Virus record (IMG/VR): IMGVR_UViG_3300022891_000002
Location: 64,001 to 128,000 of that record
Length of the DNA: 64,000 nucleotides
From: a virus
Strand: one strand, 5' to 3'
Under the pieces are notes generated by a model. That model saw only the letters and a program-made list of their open reading frames with translations, was not told the origin of the DNA and did not search any database. Below, in pieces: positions 38,852-47,612 of this stretch. Position numbers and translations under genes: made by a program. Positions within the stretch are counted from its first letter, which is position 1. Every line of letters starts with the position of its first letter.

Positions 38852-40639
38852 ATGATTATTATCGACGCACCTCCTAATTCCCGTTATTGTTCAGAATTTA
38901 TGACTGAACTGCCTAAAGGGATAATTGACAAACATGAAACTGGTGTAGGAGCATCAGTATTAGCTCTTGAAGACCAAAATCCGTACATCTTAGCAGTTCC
39001 TACTATTGAGATTATCAGAAACAAAGTAGAGCAATATCCTAACTATAGAAGAGAAGAAAAGATATTTGGTTTTTATGGTGGAGTTAAAGAAAGAGATTTA
39101 CTTTTCTATGCGAACTCTACTAAAATCCCAAAGATAATGGTTACTTATGATAGTTTTGATAGAGTTTCTAAATTGCTATCTAGTGATAAAGATAAATATA
39201 GAGTTCTAGTAGATGAGTTCTCTGACTTATTAGATGCTTACTCTTATAGAGATGCAGCAATTGACAGGTTACTTAATGCGGTTAAAGATTTTGATTATGT
39301 AACTTATATCTCGGCTACTCCTATTAAGTCTGAATACTACCCAGAATGTTTGAAGGGATTGGATGAGTATCAGATTAACTGGGGAGAATATACAAAAGTC
39401 AAAGTAGAAAGGAAGAAGACTAATAAACCTTACCAGTTAGCTTGTAATATTATTGAGGCGTATAAAGCTGCTGGGGATGAAGGTATTAAAATGCCTAACG
39501 GTCAGTATAGTAAGTCCGCTTATTTCTTTGTTAACTCCGTAAATTCAATTCTAAATATAATAGAAGCTGCGGATTTACGTCCTAGTGAAGTTCGAGTTAT
39601 TTGTGCTAATAACAAAGTTAACCAAAGCAAGATGGACTTATTTCAAATAGAAAAAGCACTTGACCCAGAGAAGAAATTCAACTTTATAACTTCTACGGCT
39701 TTTAAAGGATGTGACTTCTACTCCGAAACTGGAGTTATCTATGTAGTTAGCAATACTCAGAATAAGAACACTTTAATTTCTATTGACACTGATATCAGAC
39801 AAATAGCTGGTAGAATTAGAACTCTTAGTAATCCTTTTAGGAAGGAAATTTATCATCTTTACAATACTGACTCTAGCTTATTATCTCAGGAAGAGTTTGA
39901 CGAATTAATTAAAACCAAGGTAGAGCAAACTACTAATCTACTATCTCTCTACCACAAAGGTAATGAATCTGAGCAGAAAGCTTTCTTAATAGATTGGGAG
40001 AGTAATACTAAATATGGTTACTCAGATGATAACTATATTAGTAAAAGTATTGATGGTGAACTCTACTTCAATCACTATATGATGCTCAATGATAAGAGAA
40101 GATGGGAAATATCTAGTAACGTCTACAGAGATGGATTAAGTGTTAGAGAAGCTTATGTAGAAGCCGGATTTGAATTAGTAGCTAATGACCAGGACTTCGT
40201 TAACGTTCAAAATGAAAACAGTTTTATTCATAGACTAAGTAGTAAGTCTTTCAAATCTAATTGTTTGAGCTATATTGATAATGAAAACGAGAGGGTCTAC
40301 TTAGGAGATAGATTCCCTCTCATCAAAGAAAGTTATGAACAACTAGGAGCTGAGAGAATGAAAGCTGTCAACTATCTACCGGACAGACTTAAGAACGAGC
40401 TTAAGTTTAAGAACGTAGATATTCAACAGTGTATCAAATCTGAGCTAAGAAGACTACTAGCTGTAGGAGAGGTTTACACACTATCTCACCTAAAGACTGT
40501 AATTAACGATGTCTATACACGACTACACTTAAGCAAAAAAGGTAAAGCTAGTGATGTTACCCAGTATTGCTCTACTAGAACTAAGAGTATTCGGATAGAT
40601 GGAAAGACAGTTAAAGTAATGGAGATTTTAGAAGAATAA
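38852..40639 (+). CDS. Divergent SF2 helicase-like protein, copy 2
   Basis: DKHETGVGAS, VLVDEFS, ISATP, FFVNSV, TSTAFKGCDF and QIAGRIR motifs; basic C-terminus LKTVINDVYTRL....KGKASDV; likely start ATG 38852 (MIIIDAPP). Confidence 0.78.
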   Translation: MIIIDAPPNSRYCSEFMTELPKGIIDKHETGVGASVLALEDQNPYILAVPTIEIIRNKVEQYPNYRREEKIFGFYGGVKERDLLFYANSTKIPKIMVTYDSFDRVSKLLSSDKDKYRVLVDEFSDLLDAYSYRDAAIDRLLNAVKDFDYVTYISATPIKSEYYPECLKGLDEYQINWGEYTKVKVERKKTNKPYQLACNIIEAYKAAGDEGIKMPNGQYSKSAYFFVNSVNSILNIIEAADLRPSEVRVICANNKVNQSKMDLFQIEKALDPEKKFNFITSTAFKGCDFYSETGVIYVVSNTQNKNTLISIDTDIRQIAGRIRTLSNPFRKEIYHLYNTDSSLLSQEEFDELIKTKVEQTTNLLSLYHKGNESEQKAFLIDWESNTKYGYSDDNYISKSIDGELYFNHYMMLNDKRRWEISSNVYRDGLSVREAYVEAGFELVANDQDFVNVQNENSFIHRLSSKSFKSNCLSYIDNENERVYLGDRFPLIKESYEQLGAERMKAVNYLPDRLKNELKFKNVDIQQCIKSELRRLLAVGEVYTLSHLKTVINDVYTRLHLSKKGKASDVTQYCSTRTKSIRIDGKTVKVMEILEE

Positions 40640-40640
40640 C

Positions 40641-40702
40641 TGCGGTAATTTTTATAAACGTCTATGACTCGTATGCCCAGAGATTAATAAAAAAGTAGCA
40701 GT
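40641..40702. repeat. Right bipartite site (arm A' - spacer - arm B'), starting 2 bp after the stop codon
   Basis: TGCGGTAATTTTTAT...TAATAAAAAAGTAGCAGT is the inverted copy of 38718-38779. Confidence 0.85.
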
Positions 40703-40804
40703 TAGGAGTGATAGGTTATTATTCAAGATATGTTTAGATGTTTCTAAATTTAACTCAAATAATAGTCTACCACTCTCTATAAGTTGATTAGAAATTAGAA
40801 GTTT

Positions 40805-41182
40805 TTAAATCTTATATCCTGAGAAGAAATGTCCTTTTACTTCATCAGGACTGCTTAGATAAAATGCGTTTTTGTAGAGATTATAGATATTATTAATTTT
40901 CATATCTATGGTAACTGCATCATAATCATTAGCATCTATCTCTTCTCTTAGTATTTCTAGCTGTCTTTCATATTGAACCATTAATGGATTGTTTATAAGC
41001 TTAAAGTGTTTTCTATTTTCTCTCCTTATGTCTAGATGTTTCTTGAATTGACTTTGTAATCTTTCTACAGAAGTATCTTTCTTGAAGAAATAGACGTTTG
41101 AACAAATACCATAAACAAATCCATTTGCTTCAGTTACAGTCATAAAGATATCGTCATCTTCGATTAGAGATTCAACTGTCAT
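40805..41182 (-). CDS. HicB-like domain protein (divergent)
   Basis: FMTVTEANGFVYGICS...DTSVERLQSQFKKHLD. Confidence 0.45.
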   Translation of the reverse strand: MTVESLIEDDDIFMTVTEANGFVYGICSNVYFFKKDTSVERLQSQFKKHLDIRRENRKHFKLINNPLMVQYERQLEILREEIDANDYDAVTIDMKINNIYNLYKNAFYLSSPDEVKGHFFSGYKI

Positions 41183-41267
41183 AATTCTTCCTCTAGTTAA
41201 GATTTTGTATCAGGTATCTACAAGGGTATAGGCTACAAGAATGAGATTGTTTCTACATTGATTTATT

Positions 41268-41287
41268 AGGGAGAAACTAATCTCCCT
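41268..41287. terminator. Intergenic hairpin
   Basis: AGGGAGA-AACTAA-TCTCCCT. Confidence 0.45.
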
Positions 41288-41300
41288 TTCTATTATCTAC

Positions 41301-41669
41301 TTATTCTTTCTTACTGGTTGATTCAAAATACTCTCGTCTAATATCTGCTTCACTTAAATCTAATAAATCACCGAATAACTCATGAATACTTTTAAGTTCT
41401 TGTGCCGTTCTACTAGCAGAAAAAGTAACAGAATCAAAAGATAAAGCTCTTAAATACGAGTAATATGTATGAAGTATTTTATCTTTGTAGGTTATTCTAG
41501 AATCTACTTCTTTCTTAAACTTGTTAAAAAGATTGTCTACATTAGTACCTTTAAAGACATAAGTAGGTGAAAATTCTGGACAAGTGCTTTCATAATAAGT
41601 AATACCGTCATCTTCTGCTAATGTAGCTACTCTTAATAGATAGCCTTTGTACTTCAATTCGTCTGACAT
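41301..41669 (-). CDS. HicB-like domain protein
   Basis: LKYKGYLLRV...YYESTCPEF...FKGTNVDNLFNKFKKEVD. Confidence 0.55.
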   Translation of the reverse strand: MSDELKYKGYLLRVATLAEDDGITYYESTCPEFSPTYVFKGTNVDNLFNKFKKEVDSRITYKDKILHTYYSYLRALSFDSVTFSASRTAQELKSIHELFGDLLDLSEADIRREYFESTSKKE

Positions 41670-41727
41670 AATTTTGTTATCTGTTTTGATTTAGTTTGCT
41701 GAAATGTAGACGCACCCTATTATTTAT

Positions 41728-42216
41728 CTACTCCTCAACTACTTTCTCATAAACCTTTACTACTTTAACTTCTTCTCTACAAGTCAATAAATAACAAGTT
41801 TCGGTAATATCAGGTTTCCAATCTCCAGTATCATATTTACCTCCTCCAAAGTAATAAGTAAATCCTATAAAGTAATCAGATAGACCAGTTATAGGAATAG
41901 CTAATTCTTTACTTGGATATTCGTAATCGTCGTCTCTAGTACCTGTTTCTGCTCCTATATCCACTAGGTCAGACTTCATATCCGAGATAGTGTCAGATAG
42001 AAATCCAGTATCATATATTTCGTGATATAGGTTTTCACAGAATTCCTCATCAAAGTCAATACTTATTATTTTCTGGATGTCTACTTCTAGAGATTTGATA
42101 TCTTCTTCTAAGTTAGTATGGAATCTAATATAATCTTTATATCTATCTCTTCTTTTTATTTCTTCCCAGACTTTAAGTAGAATCTCTCTGTACAAATAGG
42201 AGGTAGCTTTCTTCAT
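41728..42216 (-). CDS. Conserved phage hypothetical protein
   Basis: SKELA......IGFTYYFGGGKY....W......L.C.EE.KVV.VY.KV motif. Confidence 0.55.
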   Translation of the reverse strand: MKKATSYLYREILLKVWEEIKRRDRYKDYIRFHTNLEEDIKSLEVDIQKIISIDFDEEFCENLYHEIYDTGFLSDTISDMKSDLVDIGAETGTRDDDYEYPSKELAIPITGLSDYFIGFTYYFGGGKYDTGDWKPDITETCYLLTCREEVKVVKVYEKVVEE

Positions 42217-42232
42217 TATTCTTTCTCCTTAG

Positions 42233-42816
42233 TTATAGATACTGGTCATAAAATACAATATCATCATTAAGGTCAATATAACCAATAGAACAGTTTAATC
42301 CATCAACAATAGTAGTAATCTCTTTAACTTCTTTAACTTCGGATAACCAACGATAACTACATTCACCATAATCCCCATTAGTATAGAAACAGATATCGTA
42401 GAGATTTACATGAGTCACTCTATTTTTAAGAGGTTTGTGGAATATTACTTCGTTGTTAGAGTTCAATATTCCAACTTCTACGAATTTATCAGTACCATCC
42501 GGGGACTTAAATACTTTTTCGGTCATTCTTTCTCTCCAATACCTTCTTCTTTCTTAACTCGTCAGAGACTCGTTCCGAGAAACTTGAAACCTAATAACAA
42601 CTGTAAAAGCTCGTTAGCAGATTCAGGAGTATTCTTTAGTATTTTTTGAACTAGGAAGATACAGGGTTCTACAGTCCTCTTCTCTTCTACTCCTTGGACA
42701 AATCTATCTTCTATTTGTTGAACATAAATAGAATCTGCATAATCTTTAATTTCTGGTTGATTGAGTATTTCTGCTATTGAGTTAAGTGATTCTTGTAACT
42801 GTTCTTCGTTAGTCAT
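42233..42816 (-). CDS. Two hypothetical proteins (42233..42526, 42562..42816)
   Basis: The first belongs to the VGYLN repeat family. Confidence 0.5.
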
Positions 42817-42993
42817 TTCTTTCTATTTACTATTTCTTTTCTAGCTTCAGTAGCAATTATTTTTACAGAAACCCACTTATCTATTAAAGTGTCATCTCCG
42901 TAGTGTCCCAATGCTTCTAAGATAGAAACAGCATCCTTTTCGTCTATCTCTTTAAGAAACTTTTTACCTATCATTTCTTCTATACTCATTTAT

Positions 42994-43215
42994 TTAATCC
43001 CGAAATGCTAAAGCTTCATTCCTAACTTCTTCCTCATATTCTCTATCTACAACTTTTATAAACTCATCTATAGCAGGTGAGTAGCTACCATAATATCCAC
43101 AAAAATTAAAACATAGATTTTTACAAGTACCTTTGATGAAAGATATCCCGTTAAGCTTTGGATGAATTTCTACTTCTAATTTGTAACCTAAATACTCAAC
43201 AATTAGCTTTTTCAT
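42994..43215 (-). CDS. HicB-like domain protein
   Basis: EYLGYKLEVE...IKGTCKNL...IDEFIKVVD. Confidence 0.5.
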   Translation of the reverse strand: MKKLIVEYLGYKLEVEIHPKLNGISFIKGTCKNLCFNFCGYYGSYSPAIDEFIKVVDREYEEEVRNEALAFRD

Positions 43216-43385
43216 TTCTTTTTCCTCTCAATGTTCCAGATTAAGAAAATAACAGGTAATAACAATAAAGCTGCAACAATAGGTAAGTCGAGCCATTCGT
43301 TACCCGTTAGTGAGTGATAAGTAGTTAGTTCAATCTCATCATGTTTTGAATGAAAATCTGCTCAGTGCCAATAGATAGGATTCAT
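43212..43385 (-). pseudogene. Small membrane-protein gene with an in-frame TGA at codon 8
   Basis: MNPIYWH*ADFHSKHDEIELTTYHSLTGNEWLDLPIVAALLLLPVIFLIWNIERKKK; TAATG- and ATGA-coupled to both neighbours. Confidence 0.5.
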
Positions 43386-43621
43386 TATCTACTCATCCAA
43401 AATAAATAACTGTTACTTTCACTTTCTCTTCGGTCATCTTCTTTCTTCCATAATCGGATATATTCATTAACTAATCTTCTAAATTCAGGTATTACATAGT
43501 CATATCCTTTTGAAGTATTAACTGCGTAACAGATTTTATCACAGTTAGCTACTATACGAGTTCCTGCTTCTTGATGTACCTCTTCTAGTTCTAAGATGTA
43601 GTTTTTATATTCTAGTTTCAT
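43385..43621 (-). CDS. HicB-like domain protein
   Basis: LEYKNYILELE...IVANCDKI...IPEFRRLVNEY. Confidence 0.5.
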   Translation of the reverse strand: MKLEYKNYILELEEVHQEAGTRIVANCDKICYAVNTSKGYDYVIPEFRRLVNEYIRLWKKEDDRRESESNSYLFWMSR

Positions 43622-43808
43622 TGTCTTCTCCTATAATTCCCACTTCTTTTTCATATTCTTCTTTACTCAACCATTCACTAGCTAAATCGTTCAGTAGTTC
43701 TTTAGCTAGATTTTCTAGTAACCAAGCTCTTTCTTTTAAAGGTTTCTTTTGAGCTTCTTCTAGTCGTCTTTTATATGTGTAATAGAAATCACTGTTAATA
43801 CTCATCAT
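43605..43808 (-). CDS. Hypothetical protein
   Basis: Coupled 67-aa ORF. Confidence 0.45.
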   Translation of the reverse strand: MMSINSDFYYTYKRRLEEAQKKPLKERAWLLENLAKELLNDLASEWLSKEEYEKEVGIIGEDNETRI

Positions 43809-44277
43809 CTATTTCTCCTATCATTTTATTAAGATAAATTACTTCCTTCTTCCATTTTTCTACTTCAGCTTGTAGTTGTATATTTTCTTCTGCTAACTGA
43901 TTTTGATATTTATAGTTAATCTGGTTATCTACTTGTCTTTCTAATTCTGTTAGTAGATGAGTAAGGGAATCGGATTCCAATCCTATAACATCTATTTCGT
44001 CATTAAGCAATATATCCCCTACTAAAGTATTTCTCTCTGCGTCTAACCAAACTTTGAACTTGTAATCTCTATAATCAACCCAAAGAATATGGTTTTCTAT
44101 TTCAGATAACAGCTTTTCTTCTTTTTTAATAGAAAGTAGTAAGTCAGCAACTAATTCTTGGATTGTTTCTATTACAGGATACTCATTACAAACCCTATCC
44201 CAACCATCATCATTAGTAATAGACTTGAAGTTTTTAACAATACTGCGATAACGTTGCATTTGCTTTTTACTATTCAT
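43795..44277 (-). CDS. Protein with an internal HicB-like domain
   Basis: DYRDYKFKVWLDAERNTLVGDI....IDVIGLESDSLTHLLTELERQVD. Confidence 0.55.
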   Translation of the reverse strand: MNSKKQMQRYRSIVKNFKSITNDDGWDRVCNEYPVIETIQELVADLLLSIKKEEKLLSEIENHILWVDYRDYKFKVWLDAERNTLVGDILLNDEIDVIGLESDSLTHLLTELERQVDNQINYKYQNQLAEENIQLQAEVEKWKKEVIYLNKMIGEIDDEY

Positions 44278-45586
44278 TTCCTTCTCCGGATAAATCTAAA
44301 TCATCTAATCTAACGAACTCTGAATTATCTTGTTTTGCCACTTCTACAGATACTTCAAATGCTTCATGGTCAGGTAAATTTAATTCTTGAGTTGCAAAGT
44401 CGTAAGATGCTAAGTCAAACTCTGTTAAGTTAAGATTATTTGGGTCAGTCATAATTTTTCTCATCTTCTATTAATAGAAAATATTTAGAGCATAGTCATA
44501 CTTATCTAACTCAATCTTTGTTTCTATGAATTGAGATAAATAATCTACTTGTTCTTGAGTAGTTATTTCTGCTCCATCTTCACCAAATATTAATCCTACT
44601 TCTTTTAGTTTTTTCTCGGTTATAGAGTTAGGTAATGCTTCTTCTCCTAATCTATCTTGATAGTCTTCTTCTTCACTAATTTTGTTATACCAATTTAAGA
44701 CTATTTCTTTAGTAAATTTCTCACTAAATGTATATTTATTCTCTTCTTCTTTTTGCTCAATATAATCAAGCATTTGTTGAGCGATTCTATCTAGTTTCCT
44801 TATCGCTGTTCCACATTCAGGATGAAATGATAATCCTTTACCATCAATATAGTCTCTAATTTCTTCTAACTGTTCACTAAATTCTTGATAAGTCATTGTT
44901 TTTCTCCCTATTAGAGAGCTTAGTTACTTTACTCTCATATAAACTACTAATTACTCTTTGTTAGCTATTTGGTTGTAGTAAATAAGTTCACCATCATCAT
45001 TCAAATAACCTATTACTGAATAAGGGACTTTAGGAGAACTACTATAAGTAGAAGGAGAATATTGAATGGTGTTTTGACTAATTACCTCATTAATCTCTTT
45101 AGTATCTTTACCGTTATGAGAGTTAGTGATTGGTACATACTCCTCACAACTTCTGTATCCTCTAACCATGAAACCTGGAAGATATCTAACTAATGTATCT
45201 GGCTTTTCTCCTAAGAGGAGGTCTGCCGACTCTACAAATTCTGTATCTGGTTCGTTTTCAGAACGAGTCTCAGACGAGTTAAATACCATGTTGTCATTTA
45301 AATCTAAGTAACCTACTTGAACTAAAGCATTTTTAGTAGAAGAGCTATCTTTGTAGTAGCAAGAAGTTACATACTTGTATACTCCTCTTGTTTTCATTAG
45401 GATTTCTTTTTCCATTTTCTTTTCCTCAGTTTTGTTCAAAATAGATACAAGTCCTTCCTTCTCTTCTTGTTCTTTAATATGACTCAACATTTCTTTTGCT
45501 AGTTTCCAAAGTCCTTCTATATTACAATGGCTACTCCAATCTTCTTCTTGCCTTAGTATCTCACGTTCAAAATGTTTATAAGTCAT
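44270..45586 (-). CDS. Hypothetical proteins (44270..44464, 44471..44896, 44951..45586)
   Basis: The 44471 and 44951 ORFs share the N-terminus MTY..F......A..ML..I.++EE; 44951 also carries the VGYLD/VIGYLN repeats. Confidence 0.5.
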
Positions 45587-45717
45587 TTGTTCTCTCCTTT
45601 AGTTAACAAGCCTATCGTAATAAATCACTTCTACTATTCCTGCTTTATGCTCTACATAACCAATAACTCCTTTTCTTACCTGAAGTAATTGCTTAGATAT
45701 ATCTGGCATGGTTTCTC

Positions 45718-46296
45718 CTATTCGTAAATAGTTCTAAATGTAAGATTAATTCTCGGTTCTACTTTCCTAGATGTCTTAAGAATTGAGTGTTGCCAATAAT
45801 GTTGAGTTTCTCCTCTCATGACTAATAAACTTCCAGATGTAAGAGAGATAGATTCTTTATAGTCTAAGTATTTGTGCTTTAATTTGAAGTCTCTAGTAGC
45901 ACCAAAACTAATAGAAGCAATTACAGGATTTCTACCTAACTCTTTTTCATCGTCAGAATGCCAAGAAACAAAATCTTGACCATCTCGATAGAGATTTAGT
46001 AGAACACTATTAAACGGATGAACCACTCTTTCTTCTACCGCAGATTTTAGAGATAAAAGAGTTGGAGTCCAAGCATTTGGTTCTAATCTAAGTCCTGAAT
46101 AAGTGTAAGGTGCGTCCCCATACCAAGCTGTTAACCTAGGAATTTGTACTTCTCTTCCTGAAAAGTTGAGAGTTTTAGTTTCCCATTTGATGTCTTTTAG
46201 TAGTTTAGTGTAGAAGTAGTGACTATCAAACTCATCAAAGAAGTTAGGATAATAAGTAATATCCGAGTTGGGCAAGTCATAAGTTATAGTGTTCAT
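45718..46296 (-). CDS. alkB: AlkB-family 2OG-Fe(II) dioxygenase (ALKBH2/3-like)
   Basis: PRLTAWYGD, YTYSG, FNSVLLNLYRDG.D..SWHSDDE, SISFGA.R.F, GSLLVM...Q..WQH and RINLTFR motifs. Confidence 0.92.
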   Translation of the reverse strand: MNTITYDLPNSDITYYPNFFDEFDSHYFYTKLLKDIKWETKTLNFSGREVQIPRLTAWYGDAPYTYSGLRLEPNAWTPTLLSLKSAVEERVVHPFNSVLLNLYRDGQDFVSWHSDDEKELGRNPVIASISFGATRDFKLKHKYLDYKESISLTSGSLLVMRGETQHYWQHSILKTSRKVEPRINLTFRTIYE

Positions 46297-46353
46297 AAGA
46301 AGAAAGACTCCCTATTATTAGTAGAGAGCCTTATAAGTTGGGTAGGGAGTTAG

Positions 46354-46563
46354 TTAGAAGTTGAAAGGATTATCTTTCTCTTCATTTTTAAGTTTTGCTA
46401 GCGCTTCTTGATATTCTTTAGATTCTCTTACTTTAGCTACCATCTCTTCCATAGCTTCATTTTCTGTGAGATATACTGTTTTCTTTACTATTTCTACCTC
46501 AGGAGTTCTAGCAAAGATGTTTAACTTAAGAAATGCTCGGACAATAGATTCTCTTACGCTCAT
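46354..46563 (-). CDS. Hypothetical protein
   Basis: 69 aa; C-terminus weakly Phd/AbrB-antitoxin-like (EYQEALAKL). Confidence 0.4.
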   Translation of the reverse strand: MSVRESIVRAFLKLNIFARTPEVEIVKKTVYLTENEAMEEMVAKVRESKEYQEALAKLKNEEKDNPFNF

Positions 46564-46566
46564 GAG

Positions 46567-47085
46567 TTATTCTCCTATTTTGAGTTTAGATATAAAACTA
46601 TAGTAGTTTGCTTTATCTACATCATCTCTTACACCGTTTTCTGCTTCTTCCTCTTCTTTACTTATTTGAACTACTCTAGGGTCTTCAGGATATCCATACC
46701 AACCTCCAGATACTAATTTAAAGTAACTCTTACATTCCTCACATTGAATAGTAATAGCTTCCCAACCCGATTCTACTAAACTAGAACTTTCATATATTCC
46801 TACGTTTTCAGTTTTACAGATAGGACAAATTTCTAGTTGATTGCTTATTATTTCGTTGCAAACATCACAGCAAATGTCAGAATCTAACTCTACTTCATAA
46901 ACTTTTCTTACTTGCCAGGTACTAAGAGTCTCTCTATACTGAGCTTTCATTAGTAACTTTTCTTCTTTAGTTTTCTCTCTGTATTTCTCATCTATCTCTT
47001 TTTGTCTTTCAATTTGGTTAAACTCCCACTTCTGCATTATGTCAAAGATATTATCTGGAAGTATACCCATAACTATTCTCCTCAT
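46567..47085 (-). CDS. Cys-rich putative Zn-binding protein (paralog of 3714..4016)
   Basis: CCDVCNE, CPICK and CEECK motifs. Confidence 0.6.
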   Translation of the reverse strand: MRRIVMGILPDNIFDIMQKWEFNQIERQKEIDEKYREKTKEEKLLMKAQYRETLSTWQVRKVYEVELDSDICCDVCNEIISNQLEICPICKTENVGIYESSSLVESGWEAITIQCEECKSYFKLVSGGWYGYPEDPRVVQISKEEEEAENGVRDDVDKANYYSFISKLKIGE

Positions 47086-47609
47086 TAATCGTAAGTCACA
47101 TCTCTAGCTTGTTTATATGTAGGTCTTAGCTCTTTTAAACCACTACTTCCCCACCCTTTATCACCTCTGTCTTTATTTGGCAAGTCTTCTACTAGATTGA
47201 AGTTAATATCTGCTCGACTAGCTACTTGAATTTGAGCTACTCTGTCTCCAACTTCATAAGGAGGTAACTCAGGAACTACATGATAAAAGACAATTGAGTA
47301 TTCTCCAGTATATCCTTCATCTCCCGTTCCAATCCCGTTAGATAGAACTAATCCCGTTTTGGAGATAGAACTACGTGAACGAATTTGTAGCTCTGTATTT
47401 GGAGGAAGGTCAAGAGCAAAACCTAAGTGATATTTATATCCGTAAAGTTTATTACCTAGATAAACTCCTTTTTCTTTTATTATCGGAAATAATAACTCTT
47501 CTCTTCCAACAGCTACAACATCGTAACAAGAGTCAGATGGATTAGCTTTTGTGGGGACTTTAGCATTTGGATGTAGAAGTTTGATGCCTACTTGATGTGT
47601 TTGTGTCAT
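47085..47609 (-). CDS. dut: dUTPase (trimeric)
   Basis: DSCYDV, RSRSS, GTGDEGYTGE, GDRVAQ and RGDKGWGSSG (motifs 1-5). Confidence 0.92.
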   Translation of the reverse strand: MTQTHQVGIKLLHPNAKVPTKANPSDSCYDVVAVGREELLFPIIKEKGVYLGNKLYGYKYHLGFALDLPPNTELQIRSRSSISKTGLVLSNGIGTGDEGYTGEYSIVFYHVVPELPPYEVGDRVAQIQVASRADINFNLVEDLPNKDRGDKGWGSSGLKELRPTYKQARDVTYD

Positions 47610-47612
47610 ATT

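Larger units (their letters stand above)
38718..40702 (+). mobile_element. Candidate ~2-kb single-gene element: helicase-like ORF between attL/attR-like sites
   Basis: Inverted 15-bp inner arms, inverted outer arms (17/18), and an 18/19 direct repeat across spacer and arm; the gene is opposite in strand to all its neighbours. Confidence 0.4.
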
